From assembly GCA_016186705.1 (NCBI GenBank), contig JACPLB010000006.1:16325-80324 (forward strand): a DNA stretch of 64,000 bases, read 5' to 3'. The position numbers and the translations under genes were made by a program. Shown in pieces: positions 49,471 through 59,228 of this stretch. The DNA comes from Candidatus Kaiserbacteria bacterium (GTDB lineage: Bacteria > Patescibacteriota > Minisyncoccia > Phycocordibacterales > JABMNX01). Numbering within the stretch: position 1 is the first letter of the stretch; the number at the start of each line of letters is the position of its first letter. The notes beneath the pieces were generated by a model, which saw only the letters and a list, made by a program, of their open reading frames with translations, did no database searches and had not been told where the DNA came from.

Positions 49471-49909
49471 TACCCCTAAGCAATCCCGCTTATGCGGGGT
49501 GTGATTTGGGCGATAGGCAGTCGCGTCTGCATGACAGGTACGGCCGTTCGTTGACAATTGAATAATCAAGTTAAAATCTTATAGAACGGCTCTCTGTCGT
49601 TCCATAAGTTCTCAACGTTTTACTGACACTCTTTATACCTCAACGGAAGCAATCATTCAGGATGGCGGTCTTAACACTCTTGCCTGCTAAATCCAGACTC
49701 TCCCGATAATTGAGAGGGTGGAATTAGTGAAGGAAATTATCGCATGTGAGTAATCGTGCGCCTGGTCGTAAACAAGGCACGCGATTATACACAAAACAAA
49801 GGACGGATGTATTTTTGGTCGAAACAAAATACGCTCGTACCTATCAGGCGTTTGTGTGTCTGTCGACACACAGGCACGCAAAAGCATTTATAGGAAATTA
49901 AAGGTCAAT

Positions 49910-52900
49910 ATGATTAACACATTAGAAACAAAAAAAGTTGCAATAGCGATTCTCGTTGTTGCAATGATCTTCGGTGCAGTCTTCGCGCTCTCGAGCGTTA
50001 AGGCGTACGCATTAACCGAAGCTCAAGTTCAATCAATCCTCTCTCTGCTCTCATCGTTCGGAGCTGACCAGGCGACCATCAACAATGTTGATTCATCGCT
50101 TCGAGGATTGCCAACATCAGGCACCGGTTCAACCGGTACTACAGCATGTTCGTTCACTCGATCTCTCACGGTCGGTGCAACAGGCGATGATGTCACATGT
50201 CTCCAGACGTATCTTCAGGGTACGGGACACTTCACCTTCACAGGTGCAAAGGGTTACTTCGGCTCAATTACCCAGAGCGCGGTAGCGGCATGGCAGGCGG
50301 CAAATGGAGTCTCACCGGCAGTCGGATATTTTGGTCCTCTTTCACAGGCGAAGTACACGGCAGTCGCTGGTTCAACCGGCACGACTGGCGGAACGACAAC
50401 TGGCGGAACAACCACAACGCCTGCTCCAACAGGAACAGGATTAACGGTAGGGAGCGCGGGTCAACCTGCGGCTTCACTTGCTCCGGACAGCGCAGCGCGA
50501 GTTCCGTTCACGCGAATCAACGTGACAGCTGGAACCGACGGCGATGTTGTTCTCAACAGCGTCTCTGTAAAGCGAGTAGGACTTGCGGCAAACGCAGTCT
50601 TCTCCGGTGTCATCTTGGTTGATGAAAACGGTGTACAGCTTGGCACCTCAAAGACGCTTGGTTCAAACGACCAAGCAATTGTCGGCGAAGCGGTCACGAT
50701 TAAAGCAGGCCAGACTCGAACCTTCACGGTTGCGGGTAACATGGCGGCGGACAACAGCACACGAGACGGACAGGTTGTCGGTCTCAATGTTGTTGGCGTG
50801 AATACTTCAGCGACGGTATCGGGCTCGCTCCCTATTTCGGGAACACAGCACACGGTAAACGCATCGCTTGCAATCGGTTCGGCAACATTCAACATCTCTT
50901 CATTCGACCCGAACTCAGCACAAACGAAAGAAATTGGAACAACAGGAACACGATTTGCCGGTATCCGCGTTACCGCGGGTTCAGCTGAAGACATCCGAAT
51001 TCGAAACATTCGATGGAATCAGACCGGTTCAGCAGGAAGCACTGACTTTATCAACGTAAAGACAATCGTTGACGGTACAGAATACCCAACAACTGTTTCT
51101 GCAGACGGTAAATTCTACACATCAAACTTTGGCGCGGGTCTCGTGGTTTCTGAAGGAAACAACGTAGACATCTACGTCAAAGGTGACATTGTCGGCGGTT
51201 CAAATCGCACCATTGTCATGGATATCGACAAAGATACCGATGTCTACATTACGGGTGAAACATTCGGATACGGCATTACCGGTACAGCTGGTTCTACGGC
51301 TTCCGCTGCAACGGATAGTTCACAGTTCACGACTGGAACCCCGTTCTTCGATGCTTCCCACATGACGATTTCTGCAGGTTCAGCATCAACAATTCAGAAG
51401 TCAGCATCAGTCCCAGCTCAAAATATTGCAGTGAACGTTCCAAACCAGCCTTTAGGCGCGTTTGAAACGGACATCAAGGGTGAGGCAATCAACGTCTCAG
51501 GAATGACGCTCACGGTTGCATCAACGACGGGCTCAGGAACTGGGCTTCTCACAAACGTAACGATCGTGGACCAGAACGGCGCAGTCGTCGCGGGACCAGT
51601 TGACGCTACCTACACGAGCGCACTGGTTCAGACGCTTACCTTCACTGACTCAATCACCATTCCAGTTGGAAAGATGGTTTACAGTATCAAAGGTAAAGTC
51701 GCTTCAGGTATCGGCAATGGCGGCACCTACATCGTCACAGTCACACCTTCAGGTTGGACGAGTCCAACAGGTGACGTAACGGGTAACGCAATTACCATCT
51801 CGCAAGGCGCATTCACGCTCAACACCATGACGGTGCGAGCCGCTGACCTCGCTATTACTGTCTCAGCAACGCCAGTTGCACAGAATATTACTGCTGGCGC
51901 AACCAACTTCACGTTCGCAAACTACCAGTTTGACGCAACGCAATCAGGTGAGGATGTACGATTCTCATCAATGATAGGTCTCTTAGGCGGTGGCGCCTCT
52001 GGCACCGAAGGTGCATACAACAATCTCTCAGCATGTCAGCTGTGGGATGGCACAACTGCGTTGAACACCGGTTCAAACGTAGTTGACCCTTCAGCGGGGA
52101 CTGCTTCATCGACAAGCGCGAATACGTTTACCTTTGACTCAGCATTAACGATTCCAAAGGGAACGATTAAAACGCTTGCTTTGAAGTGTAACCTCTCAAG
52201 TTCGGCGCACTCAGCGTCAACGTATCAGTGGGGTATCGCAAACACAGCAGCCAACATCACGGTTACGGGTGTAACCTCATCGAACTCCGTGACAGAGACC
52301 GTTACTGCGTCGAACGGCCAGCTTATGACCGTCGCAGCAGTGTCAGTTGTTGTATCGAAGGATTCTTCAAGCCCTTCATACACGATTGCATCGGCTGGCT
52401 CAACAGGCATTACTGCCGGAGTCATCAACTTCCGTGCGGCAAACGAATCCATCACGCTTCAGCGTGTCGGTTTGGTCTTGACCAACACTTCATCATCGTC
52501 GCCAGGGAACCTCACGCAGGTAACCCTCTACGACGGTAATACACCGGTTGGAACCGCAATCTTTACGGGAGCAAGTACTCGCGCAACCTCAACACTTTCA
52601 GTCCCTGTCACTCTTCCAAAAGATACTGACAAGGATTTGACGGTTAAGATTGACCTTGCAAACATCGGCACATCACAGTCGGGAACGCAAGGAGCGTTAA
52701 TTGCGGTTGACGTTGACACGAATAGCACAAATACCCAAGGAGTCGGACAGGAATCGGGAACGACAGTAAATGCGTCCGGTTCTACGGCATTCGACGGTAT
52801 CCGTGTGTTCAAGTCATACCCAACGTTCGCAAAACTTGCGATTCCTTCAACCGTGCTCGTAACCTCAACGATGGATCTCTACCGATTCAGCGTGACGGCG

Positions 52901-53452
52901 AACAGCAAGGGCTCAATCGGTATCTACAAGTTCACGGTAAACATCGCAACATCGTCAACACCAGAAAATACATCATCAACAACGGTGACAAATCTCAAGA
53001 TTCTTGGGTACACTGACTCTGGCTTCTCAAGCGCAGTGTCAGGGTTCACCATTGCAGGTCAATTGAACGACACGACTGCCGGCTTGGTTTCAAGTGGCAA
53101 CACCGATGTCTTGATGACCGGTTCAACGCAGGGTCAGGATTATCTCCAGATCCCAGCGACCGCGACCTACTACTTCCGAGTAGTAGCGGATGTAACCTTA
53201 ACTGGTAGCCCAACGGGTGGTACGGTAACCACGAATCTTCAAGGTGATGCAGAATATCCAGCAAACGGATTGACATTCCTTATGGCCAATGCAGCAAGTA
53301 CAACCGCGTTTACAAACGCAGTTGGCAACGACTTCATCTGGTCACCGAATGCAACCACGACGTCAAACATCACTCATGAAGACTGGACGAACGGTTACTT
53401 CGTACCTGGATTACCAGCAGATAACATGGATAGCCAGGTTATCGTTAAGTAA
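49910..53452 (+). CDS. Large secreted Thr/Ser/Gly/Ala-rich protein with a peptidoglycan-binding domain; S-layer-like candidate
   Basis: Signal peptide ending AYA; PG_binding_1 (FTRSLTVGATGDDV..LQ.YL...GYFGSITQSAV..WQ...GYFGP); repeated beta-sandwich units; strong terminator; start re-assigned to 49910. Confidence 0.8.
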   Translation: MINTLETKKVAIAILVVAMIFGAVFALSSVKAYALTEAQVQSILSLLSSFGADQATINNVDSSLRGLPTSGTGSTGTTACSFTRSLTVGATGDDVTCLQTYLQGTGHFTFTGAKGYFGSITQSAVAAWQAANGVSPAVGYFGPLSQAKYTAVAGSTGTTGGTTTGGTTTTPAPTGTGLTVGSAGQPAASLAPDSAARVPFTRINVTAGTDGDVVLNSVSVKRVGLAANAVFSGVILVDENGVQLGTSKTLGSNDQAIVGEAVTIKAGQTRTFTVAGNMAADNSTRDGQVVGLNVVGVNTSATVSGSLPISGTQHTVNASLAIGSATFNISSFDPNSAQTKEIGTTGTRFAGIRVTAGSAEDIRIRNIRWNQTGSAGSTDFINVKTIVDGTEYPTTVSADGKFYTSNFGAGLVVSEGNNVDIYVKGDIVGGSNRTIVMDIDKDTDVYITGETFGYGITGTAGSTASAATDSSQFTTGTPFFDASHMTISAGSASTIQKSASVPAQNIAVNVPNQPLGAFETDIKGEAINVSGMTLTVASTTGSGTGLLTNVTIVDQNGAVVAGPVDATYTSALVQTLTFTDSITIPVGKMVYSIKGKVASGIGNGGTYIVTVTPSGWTSPTGDVTGNAITISQGAFTLNTMTVRAADLAITVSATPVAQNITAGATNFTFANYQFDATQSGEDVRFSSMIGLLGGGASGTEGAYNNLSACQLWDGTTALNTGSNVVDPSAGTASSTSANTFTFDSALTIPKGTIKTLALKCNLSSSAHSASTYQWGIANTAANITVTGVTSSNSVTETVTASNGQLMTVAAVSVVVSKDSSSPSYTIASAGSTGITAGVINFRAANESITLQRVGLVLTNTSSSSPGNLTQVTLYDGNTPVGTAIFTGASTRATSTLSVPVTLPKDTDKDLTVKIDLANIGTSQSGTQGALIAVDVDTNSTNTQGVGQESGTTVNASGSTAFDGIRVFKSYPTFAKLAIPSTVLVTSTMDLYRFSVTANSKGSIGIYKFTVNIATSSTPENTSSTTVTNLKILGYTDSGFSSAVSGFTIAGQLNDTTAGLVSSGNTDVLMTGSTQGQDYLQIPATATYYFRVVADVTLTGSPTGGTVTTNLQGDAEYPANGLTFLMANAASTTAFTNAVGNDFIWSPNATTTSNITHEDWTNGYFVPGLPADNMDSQVIVK

Positions 53453-53502
53453 TCTACGGTCTCAAGTCTAGGCGCAGGTTTGCTCACATAACCTTCCTAG
53501 CA

Positions 53503-53536
53503 GCAAAAGCCCCTCGCGGAAGCGAGGGGCTTTTGC
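53503..53536 (+). terminator. Intrinsic terminator
   Basis: GCAAAAGCCCCTCGC-GGAA-GCGAGGGGCTTTTGC. Confidence 0.85.
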
Positions 53537-53600
53537 ATTGATGTTTCGTCTCTCACGTTTGTCTTTTGTGTTTGTAAGAGTAGAGGGTTAAAGGGAAGCT

Positions 53601-53640
53601 AAAGGATATTTTCTCAGCTATCGCTGAGAAAATATCCTTT
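53601..53640. repeat. Palindromic repeat, copy A
   Basis: AAAGGATATTTTCTCAGC-TATC-GCTGAGAAAATATCCTTT. Confidence 0.95.
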
Positions 53641-53725
53641 GTGAATTATGAACAAAAGTGTTGCATTCTGCCTGTCAGATAGCGAGTTGCACAAGAGTGT
53701 TTTTTTACATACAATACAGTGCGTT

Positions 53726-54541
53726 ATGTTTGAAAATCTCTTGCGGGATAAAAATGTGCAAAAAGCACTCGGCGTGCTTGTTGTCGTTGTCGCGCTCGCG
53801 CTCATTGGTTGGTATATTGTCAACGACTTGAGAGGGAAAACCGATGGAGAAAATCTTGTGCAAGAAGGCGGTATTGGTGCGGATATTCGTGAGGGGGAAG
53901 GGGTTATACAACAAATTCCGGTTGACATAGTGATTACTCCTCGCTCAAATATTCTGACCCCAAAACTTGACCGAGCACTTGTATTTCACACAAATCTTGA
54001 TAGTGCCGCACAAGATATTATTCGAAATAATATTGCGCAGTTGACGGGAAGCTTAAAGGAGCAACCTGATTCTTTTGGGACATGGCTTGACTTGGCAATA
54101 CAATACAAGATTATCGGAGACTACGAAGGAGCGGCGGAAATCTGGGAGTACCTCAATAGAGCGGCTGAAGGAAACACAATCTCACGGGTGAATCTCGGCA
54201 ACCTCTATCACTACGAACTTAAAGAGTACGAAAAATCTGAAGCAAATTTCAAGGACGCGCTCCGTATCAATGCGCAACTACCCGAGGCGTACATGGGACT
54301 CTTTGAACTCTATCGCTACTCGTTTAAGACAAATACAACTGAAGCAGAGGATATCCTCAGAGAAGGAATTACGGCTCTTCCGCAAAATATTGACTTGGTC
54401 ATGACACTCGCCGGCTACTACAAGGAAAAGGAACGAGTAAACGATGCAAAAGAAACCTATCAAAAAGCCCGTACGCTTGCCGAGACTACCGGCAATACCG
54501 CACTCGTCGGAATGATTGACGACGAGCTCTCCGCACTTTAA
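53726..54541 (+). CDS. Membrane-anchored TPR protein
   Basis: TM followed by TPRs (WLDLAIQYK..GDYEGA, NLGNLY..ELKEYEKSE.NF..AL); start re-assigned. Confidence 0.8.
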   Translation: MFENLLRDKNVQKALGVLVVVVALALIGWYIVNDLRGKTDGENLVQEGGIGADIREGEGVIQQIPVDIVITPRSNILTPKLDRALVFHTNLDSAAQDIIRNNIAQLTGSLKEQPDSFGTWLDLAIQYKIIGDYEGAAEIWEYLNRAAEGNTISRVNLGNLYHYELKEYEKSEANFKDALRINAQLPEAYMGLFELYRYSFKTNTTEAEDILREGITALPQNIDLVMTLAGYYKEKERVNDAKETYQKARTLAETTGNTALVGMIDDELSAL

Positions 54542-54550
54542 ATTAAAAGC

Positions 54551-54700
54551 ATGAACCGCACCTTCCTTCATTTTCTCTTCGGCTTTCTTGCCATCCTACT
54601 CTTAAGCTTTGTCGTGACTGGCATTGTCGCACAGTACTCCGACGATGAAATTGTTGACAAAGACACGCAAATTGCCTGCCAGCAAACCAACTCCTGCTAA
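54551..54700 (+). CDS. 49-aa single-TM microprotein (missing from the ORF track)
   Basis: MNRTFLHFLFGFLAILLLSFVVTGIVAQYSDDEIVDKDTQIACQQTNSC*; 9 nt after the TPR stop, same strand. Confidence 0.65.
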   Translation: MNRTFLHFLFGFLAILLLSFVVTGIVAQYSDDEIVDKDTQIACQQTNSC

Positions 54701-54766
54701 AAAAGCTTAATAATAAAATCCGGTACAAAAAAGTGCAAAGGCTAAATAAAACCTAGTACAAAAAAG

Positions 54767-54813
54767 TACAACAGAATATTAACTCAGCTATCGCGCAAAA
54801 TTCTTCTGTTGTA
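54767..54813. repeat. Degenerate palindromic repeat, copy B, abutting the -10 box of the PaaX/Cas2-like gene
   Basis: CTCAGCTATCGCGCAAAATTCT (54783-54804) inside TACAACAGAA...TTCTGTTGTA; TATAAT at 54812-54817. Confidence 0.8.
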
Positions 54814-54825
54814 TAATGTAAAATA

Positions 54826-55398
54826 ATGAAGAATGATAGGTATACACCAAAGGAGATACTCCTCTATCTCCTTGTGGGGGGAAGTATAGTCGTTGGTGTG
54901 GCATATCCTGTCTTTCTCACGCCGGCAATATTTCTTGCGCATTATCTAAAAAAGAAAGATATTAATAAACAAAATAAAGACCGTCTCAAAAGCTCTTTTT
55001 ATTATTTAAAAAATAAGGGATATATTTCAATAAAGAAACGTAATGGGAAAGTAATCATAGGTCTTTCCGATAGGGGTATAGAACGAGCGAAAATATACAA
55101 GATACAAACGAAGTTGAATGAAAGACGTAGAAAAAAAGTGGTATGGGATGGACGTTGGCGCGTGGTTATATTTGACATCCGGGACAGCCACAAGCTTAAA
55201 AGAGACGCGTTACGACGGGTGTTGCAACGTTCTGGGTTTAAACTTTTACAAAAAAGTGTGTGGATATACCCCTTCGACTGTACTGAAGAAATATCTTATG
55301 TTAAGGATTTTTTTAATATAGACGACAAAGAGTGTCGAATTCTTACCGTAAGTGATATTGGAGACGATAAAGACGTACGGAAAGAGTTTGGCGTATAA
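54826..55398 (+). CDS. PaaX-family wHTH + Cas2-like ferredoxin-fold protein (stand-alone)
   Basis: YLKNKGYI...LSDRG (wHTH wing), WDGRWRVVIFDI, RDALR..L...GF.LLQKSVWI.P. Confidence 0.85.
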   Translation: MKNDRYTPKEILLYLLVGGSIVVGVAYPVFLTPAIFLAHYLKKKDINKQNKDRLKSSFYYLKNKGYISIKKRNGKVIIGLSDRGIERAKIYKIQTKLNERRRKKVVWDGRWRVVIFDIRDSHKLKRDALRRVLQRSGFKLLQKSVWIYPFDCTEEISYVKDFFNIDDKECRILTVSDIGDDKDVRKEFGV

Positions 55399-55453
55399 GG
55401 GAGGGGAAGTGTAGGGAAGCAAAGAGAAAGCAAGATATAGAAGAGTAGAAAAA

Positions 55454-55497
55454 GCAAAGGATATTTTCTCAGCTATAGCTGAGAAAATATCCTTTGC
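55454..55497. repeat. Perfect 44-bp palindrome, copy C
   Basis: GCAAAGGATATTTTCTCAGCTA|TAGCTGAGAAAATATCCTTTGC. Confidence 0.95.
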
Positions 55498-55584
55498 GAG
55501 TCTTTTATGAGTTATAAACAGAAATAACGTGATTATACTTTTAAATATTGCTAGCATAAAAAGTAACAATTCTAGATTCTAACG

Positions 55585-56208
55585 ATGAAAGCTCTTTTTT
55601 TGAAGATATGGATAATCGGACGATGGATACTTCTCATCCTCGCCGTATTATTTGTCGGTCTAGTCATTTATCGCATTCCTTTTATAGCAGAACAAGAGCG
55701 CACTGAAGAAGCTATTACGCGCATTGAAGCGCAGGTACTCACTAAAGAAGATGTAACGGGAGAGCGCCTGCCGCCACAACCTGACCAGGCACTTGTGAAT
55801 GCAACAGTTGAGGGAATTGACGCGAACAAAAATGGCATCCGTGATGATGTTGAATTAGCAATTTTTGAACGGTACTCGGGAGATATAAATATCAAGATTC
55901 GCGCGGCAATGTTGCAATATGCAATAGCACAACAGGTGTATCTAACAGATGTATCTAACTCAGAAATTTGGATTGCCGCTGTGAAACACCGAGGGAGAGG
56001 AATCGGTTGTTTGGTTGAAGTAGCGTTTGAAGAATACACTGATATTAAAGATCAAATAGGAAAAACTGATGAATGGATAATGTTTGTAAGTGATCTCATT
56101 TTTAACTCGGATAGACGTCTGGAGAAGAAGAATGAGATTGATCAATTCGATACTGCCTATGCTGACGGAGGCACAGAAACATGTGATGTAGATTTGGAGA
56201 TTTTATAA
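55585..56208 (+). CDS. TM-anchored protein with a DxNxNGIRDD Ca-binding-like motif
   Basis: LPPQPD...ATVEGIDANKNGIRDDVELAI; two Cys; 9 nt before the hydrolase gene. Confidence 0.7.
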   Translation: MKALFLKIWIIGRWILLILAVLFVGLVIYRIPFIAEQERTEEAITRIEAQVLTKEDVTGERLPPQPDQALVNATVEGIDANKNGIRDDVELAIFERYSGDINIKIRAAMLQYAIAQQVYLTDVSNSEIWIAAVKHRGRGIGCLVEVAFEEYTDIKDQIGKTDEWIMFVSDLIFNSDRRLEKKNEIDQFDTAYADGGTETCDVDLEIL

Positions 56209-56217
56209 TTCGCCGCT

Positions 56218-58965
56218 ATGAGGGTTCTGCTTCTCATCATAGCAATTCTCTTAACTCCAAATTTTGCACAAGCTACGGTATGTCAGAGCACTGGATATAC
56301 AGTATTGTTTATTAACGGTATTTTTACTGAACGAGCTAAAGCTGAGTCCGACATAAGAATATTTGAAAGAGCGTTCTTACAAACGTCTGATTTGAAGAAC
56401 GTTATTTTTCGGTTAGGCTATAATTCTTCACATTTCGCGGGTTTTGGAGATATAGCACAAGTTGTATCGCAGGCGCTCGGAAGTTCGATAAGTGATTTTG
56501 ATCTCAGGACTATTTTGATGCAGGTTTATCCGGAAGTTACTACGCGAAAAATTCTACTCGTCGGGCACTCGCAGGGGACATTTTATACAAACGAGCTGTA
56601 CGATTATCTCACACTACATGGAGTACCAGAGGAATCTATTGCCGTGTATAACCTGGCGACTCCTGCGAGTTTGGTTGCCGGCGGCGGAAAGTATCTGACG
56701 TCTGGGAACGACAACCTCATTAATACGGTACGAGAGTGGACAGCCGCCGCCGGTACAGAACAGCCGCTACCGGCAAACATTCTTATCCCGCTCTCTTCAT
56801 TGGAGACACAAGAACTTTGGCGCGGACATTCATTCAGCGGCGAGTATCTTGCACAAGGCACCGGTATAATTGTTTCTGATATTACCAACGTTCTTACTTC
56901 ATTAACCGCCAAAGATACTATAGACGCGGATATATCCGGCTGCTTCGAACCGCCAGCGGACACACTCTCGTATCGTATACAGGAATTCGGATTTGCCGTT
57001 GTTGATCCATTTGCTCAAGCTACCCGAAACACGGCACAAGCAACAGGAAGAGCTGTTGCAATAACCACATCACGAGTCACTTCGGGTGTTAAGGCAGCAG
57101 TTAGTGCAATCAGTGAAACACTCTCGACAGTAAATACGCCCGCGTCACCTTCAGGCCTTGACACCGTGGCACAGGACCTTGCTTCAGTAAGTGGTGCAAC
57201 AGAATCGATTGCTGTTACTGGAGAAGGAAGTATTTCCATTACCCCAGAGGCGCCTGTGATATTGCCAAATAACACAACGGAACTATTACCTGAAGACACC
57301 GATACGTTTGCAATACCCGAAGAAGAAAAATTGACCGAAACTGCGGATGATTTTGATACAGAGGATCAAGACTCGGAGAATACGTTTGGAGTTCCGGACC
57401 TGATTCCCGTCATTACTCCGTTCGTTGGAGGGAGCGGCAGTGGCCCTTTGAAAATTAAGGAAGCGCAAGAAAAAGCCGAGGCTGAAGCGGAAACTGTAGA
57501 AGAGGTCGTTACTCCTCCTCTCTCAATCATATCGCCGGGAAACTCGTCTATTTTTGCGACAACCACGGTTACATTTACCGGGACAACGACGCCTCTTGCG
57601 ACCGTATCGCAAACTTTTTCAAGCGCGACAACAAGTGCCGATGTAGACGGTAATTGGGAGCTCACACTTTCCGGATTTTCGGAAGGAGCGACGACGGTGC
57701 GGTTTACTGCAACAAACCAAGAAAATATCGCATCGGACCCGACAGAGTTATTGATTAATATCGATACCGTCTCGCCTTCGTTTGAATTGTTCAGTGTACT
57801 GCAATGCATCTATTCACTTACTTCCGGTCTTTGTTTATCCGGAAGCACGAATGTCAATGTAATGTGGACATCAACTTCAACCGACATTGCATATTACGGA
57901 ATTGTCTTAAATGGCACAGAATCTGCGACTACAACAGCCACTACGACGACAGCAACGCTTTCCAATAACGCCAACAGCACTATCGAAATTGTCGCATATG
58001 ATACGGCAGGAAATGTAGCTACATCTTCCTCTCAAGTTGTTGAAGTACTTGACATGCCGATAGTGATAAATGAAATTGCGTGGGCGGGTACGCAGACGGA
58101 CGAATTTGATGAGTGGATTGAACTCTACAACAGAAGCAATTACACAATCAATCTTTCAAACATAATACTCCTTGCTGAAGATGGGGTTCCATACGTTTCT
58201 TTATCAAGCACGCTTGCCTCTGACGGGTACTATCTCATTGAACGTACTGATGATAATACTACAAGCATTACGGCAGATTTAACCGTGGCTTTCAGCGGAA
58301 TAGGCAATGGTTCCGGGCTTTCGAACAGCGGAGAAGTACTAAACTTAATTCACGCACTCGGCGGACAAGCGTCAACAACACTTGATGCAACTCCAGCTTT
58401 ATCTTCGTGCAGTAACGCGTGGTGCGCTGGAGGAGAGGGGAGCCAGCCGACCACGATGGAACGGGCAAGCGCTTCTACAGATGGGACACTTTCTTCAAAC
58501 TGGAAATCAAACAATACATTTACGAAGAATGGCACTGATGCGGGCGGGAACATTATTAACGGTACGCCTCGCGCACAGAATAGTGTCAGCTTGCTTGATA
58601 TCGGCTACTTCTGCTCTCCGGAAACGGAAAGTTTTGAAGAAGATGGCTTTTATACCCCGCCTACATCCGCATCATGTACATATCTTTCTTCCGAACTTTC
58701 CGGTCAGCGGTATGGAGATTTGTATAGGGGGACTGTCGCAAGCTCAACCATAGTAACCGGGCATTCATTAGGGGTAAGTACCAGTAAAACCGAAACTGAC
58801 TCATATTCTGGGGCAGTACAAGGAGACAGCTATTTCGTTGCGATTTTTGAAATTCACAGCAATCCCAACTTGACTGCCTTCCGAAATTATTTTCAAACCG
58901 GCGCGAATGCCCCGCCGCACTTAAACTACGGCATCATTAACTGGACATACGGTACTGCGCCATAA
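56218..58965 (+). CDS. Secreted alpha/beta-hydrolase (lipase/cutinase-like) + acidic linker + Ig-like + lamin-tail domain
   Basis: Signal peptide; FINGI, LVGHSQG nucleophile elbow, candidate D (GNDNLI) and H (GHSF); LTD IVINEIAWAG....DEWIELYN...GTP.A.NS. Confidence 0.8.
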   Translation: MRVLLLIIAILLTPNFAQATVCQSTGYTVLFINGIFTERAKAESDIRIFERAFLQTSDLKNVIFRLGYNSSHFAGFGDIAQVVSQALGSSISDFDLRTILMQVYPEVTTRKILLVGHSQGTFYTNELYDYLTLHGVPEESIAVYNLATPASLVAGGGKYLTSGNDNLINTVREWTAAAGTEQPLPANILIPLSSLETQELWRGHSFSGEYLAQGTGIIVSDITNVLTSLTAKDTIDADISGCFEPPADTLSYRIQEFGFAVVDPFAQATRNTAQATGRAVAITTSRVTSGVKAAVSAISETLSTVNTPASPSGLDTVAQDLASVSGATESIAVTGEGSISITPEAPVILPNNTTELLPEDTDTFAIPEEEKLTETADDFDTEDQDSENTFGVPDLIPVITPFVGGSGSGPLKIKEAQEKAEAEAETVEEVVTPPLSIISPGNSSIFATTTVTFTGTTTPLATVSQTFSSATTSADVDGNWELTLSGFSEGATTVRFTATNQENIASDPTELLINIDTVSPSFELFSVLQCIYSLTSGLCLSGSTNVNVMWTSTSTDIAYYGIVLNGTESATTTATTTTATLSNNANSTIEIVAYDTAGNVATSSSQVVEVLDMPIVINEIAWAGTQTDEFDEWIELYNRSNYTINLSNIILLAEDGVPYVSLSSTLASDGYYLIERTDDNTTSITADLTVAFSGIGNGSGLSNSGEVLNLIHALGGQASTTLDATPALSSCSNAWCAGGEGSQPTTMERASASTDGTLSSNWKSNNTFTKNGTDAGGNIINGTPRAQNSVSLLDIGYFCSPETESFEEDGFYTPPTSASCTYLSSELSGQRYGDLYRGTVASSTIVTGHSLGVSTSKTETDSYSGAVQGDSYFVAIFEIHSNPNLTAFRNYFQTGANAPPHLNYGIINWTYGTAP

Positions 58966-59052
58966 ACATTACCACTTCTCGCCATTTTGTAAGATGGGGT
59001 AAGTAAGACAGATTACATAAGAGGGGGAGAAGTAAAAAGAGGCAAAGGAAGT

Positions 59053-59091
59053 AAAGGATATTTTCTCAGCTATCGCGCAAAATTCTCCTGT
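59053..59091. repeat. Hybrid palindromic repeat, copy D
   Basis: Left arm as in copies A/C (AAAGGATATTTTCTCAGCTATC); right arm as in copy B (GCGCAAAATTCTCCTGT). Confidence 0.9.
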
Positions 59092-59228
59092 GTAGGAGGG
59101 AATAAAGGGGGTGGGGATAAAGGTTGCGGAAGTATTATTTCGTGGTATTGTAAAAGATGGAGCAGTACCATGACGTTTTTTGGTGAACGCTCTGACTTTG
59201 TTTCAAACCGACCGTGGAAGGACACACC

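Noticed and set aside
53601-59091. CRISPR array / CRISPR-Cas locus suggested by the Cas2-like gene and repeats
   Set aside because: The repeats are 0.7-3.6 kb apart with whole genes between them, there are no 30-40 bp spacers, and no cas1 or effector genes are present.
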